From NCBI GenBank assembly GCA_017654855.1, contig CM030332.1:5332001-5396000 (forward strand): a stretch of 64,000 nt of DNA, given 5' to 3'. Shown here piece after piece: positions 26,277 through 39,474 of the stretch (positions within the stretch are counted from its first letter, which is position 1; each line of letters opens with the position of its first letter). The stretch comes from Podospora anserina (Eukaryota). The notes beneath the pieces are model-generated. The model had not been told where the DNA came from. It made no database searches and was given only the letters and a program-made list of their open reading frames with translations. A program made the position numbers and the translations under genes.

Positions 26277-26981
26277 TTACTTTCTCTTCTCCTTCCTCCT
26301 CCTCTCCCACTCTGCCCTCTCCTCGTCGTCACTCCCACTGAATTCCGCGTCATCATCGCTCTCCTCCTCCCCCTGCTGCTGCTGCTGCTGCACCAGCTTA
26401 CCACCCCCCTTGACATCCCCGACGTCGACAAAGTCACCCTGGTTCAGGCTGGCGTACTCGTGCTTTCTGATCAGCTCTCTGAGTCCTTCATTTCTTGGAT
26501 CTACCAGCTGCAGCGCTGTCAGCCCGCCCTTGTTCTTGATCCTCGGGTTCGACCCGGCTTCGAGCATCATCTCGACCAGGGCGTTGCCGAACTCGCGCTG
26601 CTCGGGGGGCTCCGAGTTGATCCAGCGGATAGCCGTGTGCAGGGGGGTGTCACCCTCGAGGCGGTTGACGGGGTCGCACTCGAAGCTGGGCTGGTCGAGG
26701 AGGGTGTCGATTATTTCGTAGTGGCCCCGGGAGGCGGCCTCGTGGTAGAGGTGGTTGCCCATTACGGTTGTCGTGTTGTTTAGGAGGGCGGCGGCGGCGT
26801 CTTCGTCGTCTTGGGAGAGGAGGGAGAGGAGGAGGGTGGGGTTGTTGGAGCGGCAGGAGGCGATGAGGAGTTCGGCTGTTGAGGCGCCCTGGAGGGGGGT
26901 TAGTGATCGAAGGGGGGCAGGAGAAGGGGGGGTGGGGGGAGATGATACCTCGTGGGATTCTTCTTCTTTGGGGGGTGCCAT
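26277..26981 (-). CDS. Ankyrin-repeat protein
   Basis: GNHLYHEAASRG, EGDTPLHTAI, LEAGSNPRIKNKGGLTALQL; acidic C-terminus. Confidence 0.85.
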   Translation of the reverse strand: MAPPKEEESHEVSSPPTPPSPAPLRSLTPLQGASTAELLIASCRSNNPTLLLSLLSQDDEDAAAALLNNTTTVMGNHLYHEAASRGHYEIIDTLLDQPSFECDPVNRLEGDTPLHTAIRWINSEPPEQREFGNALVEMMLEAGSNPRIKNKGGLTALQLVDPRNEGLRELIRKHEYASLNQGDFVDVGDVKGGGKLVQQQQQQGEEESDDDAEFSGSDDEERAEWERRRKEKRK

Positions 26982-27914
26982 GGTTCCAAACGGTTTATAT
27001 GTATGTGAGGGTGTACGGAAGCTCGGGTTGGAAGCTATGGAACCGATGGTAGGGACGAAGGAGTTGACCAAGACAACACACCGTCAAGACAGGAGGTTGC
27101 TCTCTGTTTTCGAGAGTGAAATCGAGTCCAAAAATATTTGAGGAAGAAGGCTGAACCAACCAACTGCGTGGCTGTCAAGAAGTTGTGTGCCTTATTAGAT
27201 TACGGTCAGGAGGTGGCAGTGTGCACCACCTCGCACTCCTAATTCCCAGCACCCCGCAAGGTCCCCAGCGACGCCAGCCGTCTCCGATAAGGCCAGTTTG
27301 GGCGATAACGGGTGATCCCTGCAGAACCGAGGGTTCGGGTTGGCGGGGCTGGAGCGCTTATCGTTATCAGCGGACCTCACGTTGAGGTTTCACTTTGAAC
27401 ATATTTGGATGAGAGAGATATCACTGGTAATAAGAGAGTGTTTGTCAAGAAGCAATTCCAGACCCGTTTGCTGTGCAGCCTTTGATTTGCCTTGGATAAG
27501 TGACATGGGGCTTAGAAGACAAAGCCCTCGAAGTAGCGTCTCGTAAGGGTGCTCTTAGCATGCCATGCCGCAGAAGCTCAAGTTTTGCTCAATACTCAAG
27601 ATCATGTTTTTTGGGGGGAGAATGAGATGAGCATCTAAACTGTAGCTCCTACAATCAAACTATATACTATGTCGGTGTTGCATGGGTTGAGTCCGTCAAC
27701 TTGATGTTACCAGCGGGGTGGTGGCTCACCCCAGACAATTTTTTTCGTGACAAGCTCCTGGGTTGCCGACGACTCACAACTCAAACTCAACCACAACCAT
27801 CTCAAAAACTTAAAGCCATAAAACAATTTCTTCAGCAACACATCACATTCAGTATCTCAATTTTTCACAAACAAGAGTCTGCAAATTAAAAAAAACCCAA
27901 ACAAACCCGTCAAA

Positions 27915-28366
27915 ATGCCAATCCTCTGTAAGTTTTGATACTTTTATCCTGTATATACGAACGACATCATAAGCTAACCAGCCACCAAAAGTCTGCCCCT
28001 ACTGCGCGAACATGCTCATCCTCTCCCGGATGGACACAGGCGGCAACCGCGTAGAATGCCGCACCTGCCCCTACCAGCACGCCATCGAGAAGCCCTACTA
28101 CTCGCGCAAGGTCTTCCCCAAGGTCGAAAAGGAAGATCTCTTCGGCGGCCCTGATGCCTGGGCCAACGCGCAAAAGCAAAAAGTGCAGTGCTCGTCCGCT
28201 GAGTGCTCGGGCGGGGAGGCAGCTTTCTTCCAGGTGCAAATTCGCTCTGCTGATGAGCCCATGACGACATTCTACAGGGTAGGTTTTCGCCTGAAGTGAA
28301 AGATGAGAATCATGGCTGACAGTGTGGTAGTGCTTGACCTGCGGGAAGAACTGGAGAGAAAACTGA
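27915..28366 (+). CDS. RPC11: RNA polymerase III subunit C11; two introns
   Basis: FCPYCANML, CRTCPY, QVQIRSADEPMTTFY, CLTCGKNWRE: two zinc ribbons. Confidence 0.93.
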
Positions 28367-28744
28367 TTTCTTATGGTGGATGGGGATGTGAGAGAGCAAA
28401 AGGTTCACTGGAGAAGGAAGCATTGCATGGAGTTCTGGTTATGGGGGTATCTTGATTATTCATTATCTGGTGGTTGGCGTTTATGTTGGATATATCAACG
28501 GGAGATGTGCCTGCCTCTCATCAAGGAGACCGCGTCTGGAAAATATACATCCTTGCCCACGTGTCTATCCATGTCGCACCACCCTGCTGCCGGGTTGTCC
28601 TTCTTCTCAGCGTGCGCCGTCATCTCAGGGGGCATTCCTCGGCGCGCACGTGTACATACAACTCCGCCGCTATATGTGCTCTCATGGGCACAGCGCGACG
28701 ATGGTTGTGTCGTCTCTTTCGTTTTCCTGCTTCCGCGGTCTCCC

Positions 28745-29199
28745 TCAGCTCAACGACTCGCGATGCCACTCCACCGCAGCCTTCATTCCCTCGGTAACCA
28801 GCGCATGCGTCAAGTTCGGCGACAGGATATCCTTTCTGAAGCGCTCGACTTGAAGAAGCTCTAGCATCTTCAGACACGAAGTAGGATATGTGATATACTG
28901 GAGATATGGCGGGCGCGTCCAGTATTGCAAGTAATCGAGGTACGCAACGAAGGCGGGATTTTGGAGGAATTTCCGGGAGGCCAGGTAGTTAACATATTCT
29001 GGGTTCCCTAGGGCTTGGACAAACTGTCGAGTGTCAGCCAAACGCGAAGCAAGCCTGGTGAATGGGGAATGTGTTTGCTGACCTCCAATTCCAGCTCGAA
29101 ACGTGTGTGGCCGCCGTACTTTGGCTCCTGCGAGGTCACGTCGGGCACTGGAGGGGGATCTTGGGCTGAGCTCTCTATTGACATTGGTTCGGATGCCAT
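28745..29199 (-). CDS. MED31: Mediator subunit Med31/Soh1; one intron
   Basis: [22 protein letters not shown]...[27 protein letters not shown]. Confidence 0.93.
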
Positions 29200-29643
29200 G
29201 TTGTTGATGTTCAGGTGAGGCTGTCCAGGTCGCAGATTAGGTAAAGCGACGGTGCCTGGTTATCAAGGTGCTTGTGTGACGCAGTTGTTCAGGTCGAAAG
29301 CGCGGAAGTTGCCAGCGAAGAGCCGCTGAATGCAGGGAGCTTCACTGCGCTAAATTGGGCTTTTTCCAGGGATATGGCGCCCCACTTGCAGGCTGCAGCT
29401 GCCTGCTCGGCCGTTTACTACAGCGGCAGCAAGGTACGTACCGTCCACCTCCCGTCGCCGGATGAAGGGTTCCAAGAGAACAACAACGCATTTGTGATAG
29501 CTCAGACCACCAGAACTTTGTATCACTCTACACTTACAACCATATTTTCAACAGTTTTCGCGGGGAAATTGTCGAGCGCAGAGTTATCGGGTCACTTTCG
29601 GACCCCGCATCACTTGGCCCCTGAGGCCTGCCCATCTCTCAAG

Positions 29644-31377
29644 ATGTCTTTAGAGAACACCACTTCCGATTTGACAGATGGCCTCAGCAACACAACCACC
29701 ACCCAGGCCCCAGAACCAACCGCCTTTGCTTTAACACTGCTACTGAGACCAGAATATCTCTCTGTTGTGATCAGCGCGCTATGCATCATTTGGCTAGGCG
29801 CTCATGGCTCACTTCGACGACCGCCCTCAGCGGCACCCATCAAGACGAAGAAAGGCCAGAAGCAGCCTAAAGAAGACAAATTCGCCGAAGGGCTCGCTGC
29901 TTCAGACGCCATCATGTTTCCCATATTGGCCGGTATCCTTCTGATCAGCTTGTATTACCTCATCGAGTGGCTTCAGGACCCTGACATCTTGAACAAGTTC
30001 ATGAGGGCTTACCTGTCCATCATGGCCGTTGCGAGTTTGGGCCGGCTGACCGGAGATTCGCTGGATGTTCTGACGAGTTTGATATTCCCGTCTACCTGGG
30101 TTGATGGCAAGGGGACAGTGTATCACATCGACTCGGACGAGCACCATCAGTATGTTGTCGACAAGGCCACTGGTCAGAACAAGGTTGTCCGGGACCGGAC
30201 GTCTCCCCTTCCTGGCTTCCTGTCTATTCTGGCGCCGTCAAAGAAAGCTGGGGATGTCCTCTGGCTGGTACGGCATCTTTTCACTGAGGAATGGACTGTC
30301 AAGTTTGCGATGCATGGCTTGGTCTTTGTCAAGTTCAACATCAAGCTCAACGACTTGCTTGGGTTCATGGTTTCGATACCCTTTGCTGCGGCGTACCACT
30401 ATCTTGGCTGGAACATTTTGTCCAACATTATGAGTGCGGGGATGTGCTACGCTACGTTTATGCTTTTGTCGCCAACCTCGTTCGGGATCGGGACTATGGT
30501 TTTGTGGGGGCTTTTTGTTTATGATATTGTCATGGTGTTCTATACGTAAGTCATTTTTCTTCTTCCGAGATCTTGGCTGTCACAAGCTAACACCATCCGA
30601 AGTCCCTACATGATCACAGTCGCAACAAAGCTCGACGCCCCCATCAAGCTGGTCTTCGAGAACAACAAGAGCGTCAGCATGCTCGGTCTCGGCGACATCG
30701 TCGTCCCCGGCATGCTTATGGGACTTGCACTTCGCTTTGACTTCTACCAATTCTACCAGAAGCAGATCAAGCTCGAACCTGTCGAGCTGGTTTCGGAGAC
30801 CCTGGCGGAGGATGGAACAAAATCGGTTACTACTACTGAGACTTGCGAACTTCGGGTCAAGGCTCCGTTTGTTGATCCCAGGGGACAGTGGGGCAACAGA
30901 CTTTGGTGCACCCAATTTGGTGGTTTGTTTCCTGTCAAGGAGGCTACCTCGGTCCGGGCTGCCACCGCCTTTCCGAAACCCTACTTTTATGCCTCTATGG
31001 TTGGGTACACCGCGGGTATGCTGGTCACGTTGACAATGTTGTTGGTTTTTAGACATGGTCAGCCGGCGCTGCTCTATCTGGTGCCTGGCGTTACCGGAGC
31101 GTTGTGGCTGACTGCTTTGGCGAGAGGTGAGTTGAAGGATGTGTGGGGGTATACTGAGGATGGGAGCCTTGACACGGAGGATGTGGTTGTCGATGTTGCG
31201 GGAGAATCGAAGGTGGTGGAGAAGAAGGACGGGGAGGTCGAGAAGAAGGCTGGGGAGGTCGACAAGAAGGAGGGCAAGGAGAGCGGTGACAAGAAGGATG
31301 ACTCAGAGAGCTATGATGTCTTTCACTTCTCCATCTCCGCGCCGCGGATAGCGTCAAAGGTCATTAAAGCAACCTAG
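29644..31377 (+). CDS. Signal peptide peptidase (A22B aspartyl intramembrane protease); one intron ~30547-30602
   Basis: LFVYDIVMVF, MLGLGDIVVPG and QPALLYLVP motifs; multiple transmembrane segments. Confidence 0.92.
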
Positions 31378-31557
31378 GGGGTTTACGAGGGACCCGAGCG
31401 GGGACCGTCTCGGAATTGGAACTATTGGGGCATTGCTATTACAGATTAGGGCGGGTTATGCATAGCGAGTGTTTCGTACGATGGCAGTTTTAGTCCCTAG
31501 AAGCGATGCATCGAGTGTGTTCACCAAGTCATTATTCATTCCTTCATTCACGCGACA

Positions 31558-32608
31558 CTACCTATTCGCCTCTGCAAAATCAAGCAGTTCGTCCAACTCC
31601 AGGAACTCATACGGGCCCAGCTCCCACCCCAGGGCATCCTCTTTGCGATCAGGCGTCCTCACGGCAGTGGCAATCATGTAATCCGGCCCCATAGACCTCA
31701 AACACATTTTCACATCCTCGACCTTTTCCCCCCGGAACCTGATATCAAACTTCCTGATCACTTGCGCGGTATCTGTGTCGACATCATCATCATCATCCTC
31801 CCTAGCGGGGACCCCCCACGCCTCTGTTGGTCTTGGAGGGCGGAAAGAGACAAACTCCAGCTCCCTCAGCCACTCGGCCAGGAGAGCCTCGCCCGTGAGC
31901 TTGATGTAAGCCTCCCTCAACGCCCAGAGCGCATAAAACGCGCGGAGCTTCCCGTCGATGAGGTCCTCTGGCTTGGAACCGGATACCAAACCTGGCACGG
32001 CGGAGAGGACACGGTATTTGAGGTAGGTGACCTCGCCCGGGCCGAAGACGTCGGCGTGCATGTCCACGAAGCCGGGCCAGCCGGCGGGGTCGGTGAGGAT
32101 CAGCTTGTGGTCGCGGTCGCGGCGTTCAGAGGTGCAGACTACGTCTACGCCTGTGTCTGCTTGTCCCGAGTGATAGTTGGCCACGGCGACGAGGGCGACG
32201 AGGCCGGCTTGGTGGGTCACGTTGAAGGAGACGGGCTCTTGGCCGGTGGAGGGGTCGAGGTAGACGGGTTTTGTTTTGGAGTTGCGGGTTATGGTTGTGG
32301 CGGACCAGGGGGTGGGGGTGAGCTTGGTGATGGCGTAGTGCTTGAGGAGGTGGGAGGCGAGAGACATTTTGGCGTCGCGGACGTGGAAGTAGCGGAGGAC
32401 CGAGGCGCGTTCTGACTCTGGGAGGAGGGATAATGCTCGAGAGGCCTGGGAGGGGGGGTTAGTAAGATGGGATGAAACAGTTGGGGTGAGTGAATGGACT
32501 TACATGAGTCTCGAGTTGTTTGGTTTGGGTGGCTTCGGGGTACCAGGGGCGGGTGTCTAGGATCCACTGGACGAGGACAGGTTCTTTTTTGTTTGATGGC
32601 GATGCCAT
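31558..32608 (-). CDS. Sfp-type 4'-phosphopantetheinyl transferase (NpgA/CfwA-like); one intron
   Basis: WILDTR, LRYFHVRDAKMSLAS, KP, FNVTHQ, GVDV, FYALWALREAYIKLTGEAL. Confidence 0.9.
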
Positions 32609-34700
32609 GATTGAAGGGGGGGGGTTAGGATAAATCGAATGATTCTATTGTGAGTTTGGCGGTGAAATGTTTCGGGATGTTGCTCATCAGATCATGTAAA
32701 ATGCACCGAGCGTTGTGAGTTCTGGGGGAGGAGCGGATGAGTGAAACCTCCGAGTGTGGAAAATGGGCTGAGGATTTGACTCGCTGCGACACACAACGTC
32801 TCTTGCGACGGCGATTTATTTAAACCACAACCACCACCCTCATTTTTCATGATCTCTCCCCTTTTCCCTTCAACCTCCTCCCAGTTATGAGGGGGGAGGG
32901 ACGCCTTATTCATCCGCTCAGTCACACCCCGTCAATCATCGTCATTGTCTCCCTTCCTGTTTTCCCACCATCATCAAATGACGACCAGTCTCATTCGGAC
33001 ATTTCATATGCAAAACCCGCCATGACGACCTTGCACGCATCATCATCAGATTTTCCAGGCAGGCCCAGCATTTTTGCATTCATGATTTTTCCAATTCGAC
33101 GACAAAATATTGATTATCGGACGACTTCGAGCAAGACAACATTCTCAGTTCCGCTGAGGGGTTCCCACGACGAATGCGTTCCGGTGGTCACCTACCCGGA
33201 ACCTCGACCAAAGCTCCGGACTCCGGTCCGGGCCGAACTAGTCGACACAACCATTTTTCATCAATTGACCACACACATACACCACACCCCAAAGTGTCGA
33301 TAGCATAGAACATGGTACCTATACGGTACTCGACCGTATCGCGCTCCGCTTGCCACCAAGGACAACAATCTTTTTTCGGTTCATCGCCTCACTCGCCAAA
33401 TCGATTTATCCTTGTCAACACCCACCACCCGCTCATCACCCATCCCGTCATCATATGATGATGAGATGAGATGAACGAGTCCCAAGCGTCGAGCCACCGT
33501 TCCGCGGTTCTTGCTGTCCATTCCCCACGGGATGCCCGGCAAGAATTTCTTTCTCTCAAGGCTTGTGTTCCCCATTTTCCATGTTCCGATTCTCACACGA
33601 GTCGTTGAGCAAGCAAGTGAGTTGAGCCCCCTTTGTGAGAGAGCCGCGTTGAGCGTTTTACCACCCCTAGCTCTGTTGTTTTTTTCCCCTCTTCTCTTCT
33701 TTCAAAAGAGAGAAAAGAACAACGTTGTAGCAAGGAAGCCATGCTCCGCGTTGCAGACTCCCGCCGGAAGAGCTTGCAGATAGCGTCTTTTGACCAAGGC
33801 GTGGTCTCGCTCCATGAGGCGGTTGCAGTTAGCCGTGTTGTAGCGTTGGATCAACAAGTGTTTCACTCCGTCCTTGGGAAAAAGCTTTTCGCTGGAAGGG
33901 CCACATCCTTTCTTGCATACTTTTGTTGTGTGCAGGGAGGGACAGGTAACCCCCCCACCTCTTAGCGAGGCGTTTGATTCACACTTTTCACCGGAAGAGC
34001 CAAGCCTTGAGTCGAAAGATTCGGCATGTGCCTGAGGTGTATTGTGAATCTGCTGACGCTGGGGGGTAAACATGGGGGGTTGTCTGGTTGTCTGTTCAAA
34101 CATGGGGAGACTTGAACCAGACGTCAATCTGTGGCGACCTGAAGCTTGAGAGGCTCCCAGGTTCAAAAGACTTTCTGTTTTTTTGTGGGACACAAGAAGA
34201 GAAAGAAAGATGATGTGACGTTGTAGTTGGAGACACGACTTTCAGCCCTCCATAAACGCCGAGAGTTGGGCAAATTCTCGAGTTCTGAGTCTTGATTTGC
34301 TGGCTATTTTCCATGTGTGGGAGAGTAGAGGGAGGTTGGGATGCAAAGGACACAATTACAGACAGTGATGGTAGATCTGTCGTTCATGTATATATAAAAA
34401 ATGAGTCTAACGCCTAAAAAAAGGAAAAAAAAGACAGAAAAAAGGCGGGAGCCGACGCAAGACAGGTTGAACAGTGGCCTTGCCCACTGTGAAAAGCCAA
34501 AATTGAGCATGAAAACCCCCCAAAAATATTATTACGTATTAATTATCCATGATTCTTGCCATGTCCAAAACGAGCCTGTGGGACAAGACTCTTCATTGTC
34601 ATCCACTCCGTTCTTTCTCGTCCAGATCAAATCTTGATCACCCCCTGCGGAACTTCGCCCTTCTAACAGACTTCAAGCTAATTGCACCAGTTGAAGTAGA

Positions 34701-36687
34701 CTAAGGAGCAGAGGTAGGAAGTACACGACTTTCCTCACCACCAACAGGCCAAATCCCCAACTCACCCCCCCTAGTCTCATACCTCAACCTGACATTCTTC
34801 GTCCTCTCCGCAATCTCTCTCATGGTGTCCACACCCGTAGTCTTCCCCGAACTGCCAGCAATAAACTCATTCAAGAACCTCGCCGTCAGCAGGGGGCTAT
34901 CTCGCCCCTTATTGGGAATCATCACCTTCCTGCATGCCAAATAAACCGCCAAAATGACAAACACAGCCGAAGCATTAATAGCAATCATGACGGCCATGGC
35001 TCTCCTCCACTTTACCTGCAGCACCGTCCGAATAAACGGCTTCTCGGACGCCCCCTTCTCCTTCGTGATCTTTGGTAATTGTCTCTGAGCACCGACGAAC
35101 CCCAAGATGGGTAACCTTGCAGCCAAGTGGGCGACATAGACCTCTTCCGCGATGGGGACCGGTCTCAGATACCAGTCAGACATCGTCTTCATTGAGGGCA
35201 AGCCTTGACCAGCATAGTTGACAAGGTGGGTCTGTTTGTCCATGGCTGAATAAATGCGAGTGAATAGGTTGACAGGGTCCATGTACTGGTTGATGCGTTC
35301 GTATGTTCCCATGCCGAGAAGCATGTAGGTTGCAAAGGACGAGTTGGACGATGGGATGAGTTCCGAGAAGACGGTCGGAGACAAGCCAGCCCGAGGCTCG
35401 GATGACGATCCAGAGTGCGCAGAAGAAGTGGAGAGGCAGGATGTGCATCCGAAATAACTGGCGTTGCGTTTGTTGAAGTCTTTCCAGCTGAGGTGATCTT
35501 CCCTGTATATGTCTATTTGGGTACATGTCCCATCCCATGTCAATGATCCGTGCAAGGGTTCAGAGAAGGGGGGGGGTGAATACTTACAAGTCGTCATGCA
35601 CCCTGACGTATTCTGACCGATTGTCTCCTCGTTGATACCAGCAGTCCAGATGTAATCGACAAACGCCGTTGGAAAATGTAAAAGAAGTCCAGAGAGTATC
35701 TGCAAGTACTCGGGATCATCACGTGGGATTTGTTCCATGTTTGTAGCTAAATTCGACCATGATACCAGTTAGCAAGGAGACTTTAATTGATCGACGCTCA
35801 AGAGAATCAAATTTACCCGTGACTTCTCCCACGCTCTTCCCATCCTGGTAAACCGTGCCATTATAAAAGTTCCGGACGATGCAGCTCGACGAGCTGTGGA
35901 CGACATGGTCTTTGTTGGATTCGACTTCCAGACCGCGATACTCATTGAGGGAGAAGGTGTAAGTGAGCGTGCGGCCGTCTACTGTTCGATTCACACCCAG
36001 CCCGTCGACATTCTCGGTGGTCCATGATGCCGGATCCGACTTGTTCAGGGATAAAGGGGATGTTGCCAGCCCAACCGAAGCAAAGTCCACAAACCTGCGC
36101 AGGGTCTCTCGGGGATCGGGTTCTGTTATCCATCCCGGATCTCTCCAATCCGTCATCATGACCGGGTAATCGACCCCGGCCTCCTCGTTCAACTCGAATG
36201 TCAAGCCCAGACCGGCGACGCTGATTCGAGCAAGAATCGAGGCAATGAAGTAGAGCAGCACAATAATCGTTGTTTTGGTCCACCCCTTGCCACGCCAAGT
36301 GTGGCCCCAAAGAAGCCTGAGAGAGCCGGTCGGTTCGCCAATTCCCAGAATGAGATCAACGTTCCCTGGAGTTGCTGCCTCTCTTTGCAGGAGATGCCAA
36401 CGGAGCGTGTGGCCCAGGAGCGTCAGCAACGAACCCAGCGCCAAACTCACAAAGGCCGAGAAGAGAATGTTCAGCGTGTTGAATCCTCGACGGTCCCAGG
36501 AACTGAGGACGCCCATGCGTTCGTACCCCCAGAGCATGACGATGATGAAAATAAAGCAGAACAGAGAGCCCGTGAAGCGCCATGCGATTCCAACCCACGG
36601 AAACTTCAGAGGCCTCTTCTCAACCTTCCCCCGTTCCACTTTTTCCTCCGTGATGTCGGTCGTGATTGATTGATATTCGGATGCCAT
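34701..36687 (-). CDS. Uncharacterised multi-pass membrane protein (intron-containing)
   Basis: Two long consecutive ORFs (35719-36687 and 34701-35738) with several hydrophobic segments; plausible intron ~35750-35816. Confidence 0.65.
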
Positions 36688-37482
36688 TGTTGTGTTTTCG
36701 ACATTGACAATCGTAGATGTAGGTGGGTGGCTTTTTCCTAGGTATTAGTGCATATATCATTTCTCGACAAGTCAGAGGCAGCCTATTCTGCGAGAGTTTT
36801 TCTCGGTCGGGTTTACGCGTTACCCAGAAAACAGGACGTACCTTGCTGCCCGCGGGTGGGCTTTGGCATATCGTGCCACCTAGGCTAGACATTGCGAAAA
36901 AGATTGTGCATACTCGTGGTCGTGAAAGGATGGCCTACCATCTTATCAGAGGCCATGGCCACACAGGTCCAGACTCAAAGGCACAGGAGGCAAAGTTCTA
37001 GAACCTCGTGAGACGTACCTTTCTTGAATGTGTCACACCTCACTCTCCTGACACAAGGCATTCTTGCAGGCAGGGGACCACAGCAAAGCAATGTCGTGCG
37101 GGAGCATGAGGTTCAGGCCTCGATCGGAAGATCCGTATCAGACATGATGACCCTTCCCCCAGGGCTCCACCAAAATGATGACTTCTCGGTCCTGCCTGCC
37201 TTGGAGTTGATATATTGAGGCTCATGCCCGGTAGGAGCCATGAGGCGGAAGGACCCAGTCCGGCTACTAAGTGGGCCCTCCCTGGGACAGCGTATTCGAC
37301 GTGGACGTCATGTTCTACTAAAGCATCAAGTTCATTTTATCACTGTGGTGGACAAAGAGTATGAAGAAGAGATAAAGATGAAAAGGTACGTATTTAACTA
37401 TCTCTCAAGCATGAAGAGGCTGAAGACAGTGAAATACAACTAGCGTCCTCGCTCCCCTCCCTCTTTTCTCAACAAGCTATCC

Positions 37483-38512
37483 TTACAAGCACTGCGAGTA
37501 CCATTGGTTAGAGGCCCTGCAAGTACCCTGCGAGCAGCATGTCGGCCCGTTGAAACTCTGACCTCCGCATTGCCCATATAACGCAGCGCAGTTTCCGCCT
37601 GTCGGCTGAGGGGAGCTCGCCGTGCTGGTAACCAAAGTTGTCGCAGGTGTCGATGTCGGCGTTGGCACGGCGTTGGTGGGGGTTGGGTTGCCAGATCCGC
37701 CTTGGACGTCGTTGATGAACTGGATCAGCTTGGGACCGACTTGTCTCGCGATGAACTGATCACCCTGGCTGTTGGGGTGGACACCATCACCCTCGAGCAT
37801 GTTGTTGGTGAACCCGGCAGCCCGTGAGCAATCTGCGACGACGATGGGGGATTGAGATGTGGTGTGTTGCTGTGCCCAGCCAGGGATGGCATTGTTGACG
37901 GCCTCGATCGTTGCGTCACTCCAGCTTGTTGGGATGAGCTTGTCGATCTGCAACGATATAATGTAAGTACAACCGGCTCTTGACCCTGGGGAAGCATATG
38001 TCACGACTTACAATAACCTTCACCTTCGGATTCGCAGCCCGCATAGCATTGAGCATAGTCGTGTACGAATCCAAGATGCTCTGCACGTTCCGCTTGCCGA
38101 TGTTGACGTCGTTGGTGCCGAGCATGAACTGGACAATATCAGGCTTGGTGCTCTGGACCCAGCCGGCGATGTTGTTCCTCGCAATATCGTACGCTTGCCA
38201 GCCTGAGTGGCCTTCGTGGTTGGGGTCAAAGCCTGCCGGCCTTGAGCACTTTCCCTGGAGATTGCTCATGCTCCCGACAAAGTCGACGTTGTTTGCCAGC
38301 CCGGCGGAGGTGAGTTGAGTCCATACTAGAGGTCTCCAGCAGCTGATCTCAGTGATGGAGTCACCGAGTAGCACTTTTTGGAAGTGTCAGTTTACTGCTC
38401 CTAACAACCAGACAGTGTATAAGGTTGGTAGGTTCCACTTACTAACTTTGACCTTTTGACCGGCCGCAGTGGCGGCAAGGCCAGCAACAATGGTGGAAGC
38501 GAAGAACCTCAT
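37483..38512 (-). CDS. Secreted SGNH/GDSL esterase (CE3-like) with C-terminal CBM1; two introns
   Basis: Signal peptide; LGDSIT, HEGHSG, LGTND, DGVHPN; Pro/Thr linker; YGQCGG..F.GPTCC..GTC...NQWYSQCL. Confidence 0.92.
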
Positions 38513-39416
38513 GGTCACAGAGTACAAATTTCACCTTGGACACGTCTTGTATCTAGTCCAGCAACGTAGCCAGCCGTCATGCCAGCCCATCCTCCAGGGG
38601 GGCGATTTGTTTATAAAGTATTTTTGTCATTGCTGAAATCTTCCGTAGCTCGCTAGCAACGGACATCTGTCGTTCCCAAGTTGTCGAATCAGGCATGGTT
38701 AGTCGACAATGTAGGTAGCAACCGGCTAATAGCTGCACTCGCTCTCGTAGAATCTAAGTACTCGCATTGGAGCGCTTCTGTACTTTTCAACATGCGCGCC
38801 AGTAGGATAAATAGGATCGTACAAAACACACACGACTAACAGGGTCCCACACATAAAACCAGCAAGCGCTCATTCTCACAAGCACATGAAATCAACCTCT
38901 TCTCTTCACCCGACCTGTCAGCGGCGTTCTTGACAACTGAAACATCTTACATGACCAGGTAGATCAAGAATATACGGCACTTCCGTGTGCATCAACTTTC
39001 CACGACATCCTTTAGGCTACTTGCTTATGCCGTGGCTCTTCCCTGATCATCAGGAGTTCAATCAATAACCCCCCTCATCACGGATTCCAGTTCTCCACCC
39101 TGCACCCTGCTCAAATCGATAAACCCCCCTCGTGAATTCCACTCCTCTTTTCTGCCCAAAAGAAGGTCATGTTCAGGCATGTTTGTTGTTGACACTTTCA
39201 ACATCCCCTGAAGTTACTCCGTAAACATCCCGGAAGATAACATTGTACTTAAATTCTTGACTGTGGAATCGCAACCGGTTGACCAACCAGACAAGCCACA
39301 ACCACCACAACACACCCCTTTAAGCCTCTTATAACCATCCAAAAAAAGATGGAGGAAAACGTTTGGAGATAGAATCAGAGTATTTATTATGTATGATTGT
39401 CAAAAAAGACTAAAAA

Positions 39417-39474
39417 ACATACAACACCAGGTATTCCCCAGTGGTCACCCACCTGAGTACTGGTCTGGCGATCA
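39417..39474 (-). pseudogene. 3' half (58 nt) of an interrupted 5S rRNA gene, with oligo-T terminator
   Basis: Reverse complement TGATCGCCAGACCAGTACTCAGGTGGGTGACCACTGGGGAATACCTGGTGTTGTATGT followed by TTTTT. Confidence 0.93.

Noticed and set aside
27255-27515. AAGGTCCCC ... ACATGGGGCTTA resembling RNase MRP P4 motifs
   Set aside because: The first motif deviates from GAAAGUCCCC and I could not establish P1-P3 pairing by eye. An Rfam RF00030 scan would decide.
27915-28366. RPC11 in the same window as tRNA and 5S genes
   Set aside because: Dispersed 5S and tRNA genes are common, so co-location is likely coincidental.
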